Shown here: one piece after another, positions 40,691-40,815 of the stretch
Layout: every line of letters begins with the position of its first letter
How positions within the stretch are numbered: position 1 is the stretch's first letter
Virus genome (UHGV): UHGV-0360510
DNA: 40,815 nt
Source of the DNA: a virus
Strand: one strand, 5' to 3'
Notes under the pieces: model-generated
Databases searched by the model: none
The model's input: the letters and a program-made list of their open reading frames with translations, nothing else
Told to the model about the DNA's origin: nothing
Translations under genes and position numbers: made by a program

Positions 40691-40730
40691 CATGATATCA
40701 ACACATATACTGTCCTGAGGTGATATCATG
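40691..40730. promoter_or_regulatory. Operator-like pair of palindromes CATGATATCA ... TGATATCATG (21-bp spacer) overlapping the start of a plus-strand gene
   Basis: Two copies of the 8-bp palindrome TGATATCA, 30 bp centre to centre; the right copy contains the ATG at 40728. Confidence 0.35.
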
Positions 40731-40815
40731 GATTCTTGTGAACTTACAGTAACGATTTCTGCTCTGGCCTGTTGTATTGCCGATGGCAAGTCTCCAGAAG
40801 AGATCGCCCTGATCA
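40728..40815 (+). CDS. Partial CDS (N-terminal part only; continues past the right edge), hypothetical
   Basis: GAGGTG lies 6 nt upstream of the ATG; MDSCELTVTISALACCIADGKSPEEIALI... Confidence 0.35.
   Translation, partial: MDSCELTVTISALACCIADGKSPEEIALI

Noticed and set aside
1-40815. CRISPR array, DGR (reverse transcriptase + template repeat), transposase/IS element
   Set aside because: No repeat-spacer periodicity, no RT motif (YxDD) and no transposase-like ORF were seen anywhere in the window.

Overview
The window holds an essentially complete ~41 kb temperate siphovirus genome of Firmicutes/Clostridia type. The host assignment rests on Shine-Dalgarno usage, the ImmR/ImmA-type immunity module, PBSX-type terminase and the holin/CHAP-endolysin pair. 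Gene modules from left to right are as follows. Positions 1-11528 (minus strand) are an early/replication operon read leftward from a Cro-like gene: antirepressor, Rha, a Rad52/Sak + NinB + Hjc-like recombination set, a DnaD-like replisome organiser with internal iterons, a DnaC-like loader, an SNF2-helicase/DNA-methyltransferase fusion and a DUF551 protein. Positions 11529-14833 are the lysogeny module (tripartite operator, XRE repressor, ImmA/IrrE metallopeptidase, a membrane protein, tyrosine integrase). Positions 14834-15057 are an attP-like region carrying a tRNA 3' fragment and arm-type repeats. Positions 15058-39047 (minus strand) are the lysis, tail, head and packaging genes, followed by a phage tRNA-Asn, a late activator and a Lar-like protein. 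Because the integrase/att region sits between the lysogeny module and the lysis cassette, the sequence is in circular (attP) form rather than an attL/attR-flanked prophage. The most unusual feature is a compact locus between holin and endolysin with the architecture of a type I toxin-antitoxin system: a 28-aa hydrophobic peptide gene with an SD-sequestering leader and a convergent sRNA from a near-consensus promoter, both ending at a shared bidirectional terminator. Other points of interest are a MuF-family minor head protein fused to a RadC/JAB-like domain, followed by a tiny acidic ORF, and an orphan pyocin-knob-like ORF convergent with the tail fibre gene. There are also opposite-strand membrane-protein morons and a palindromic motif shared by two late-gene sites. 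Several coordinates for small features were derived by hand and may be off by 1-2 nt.
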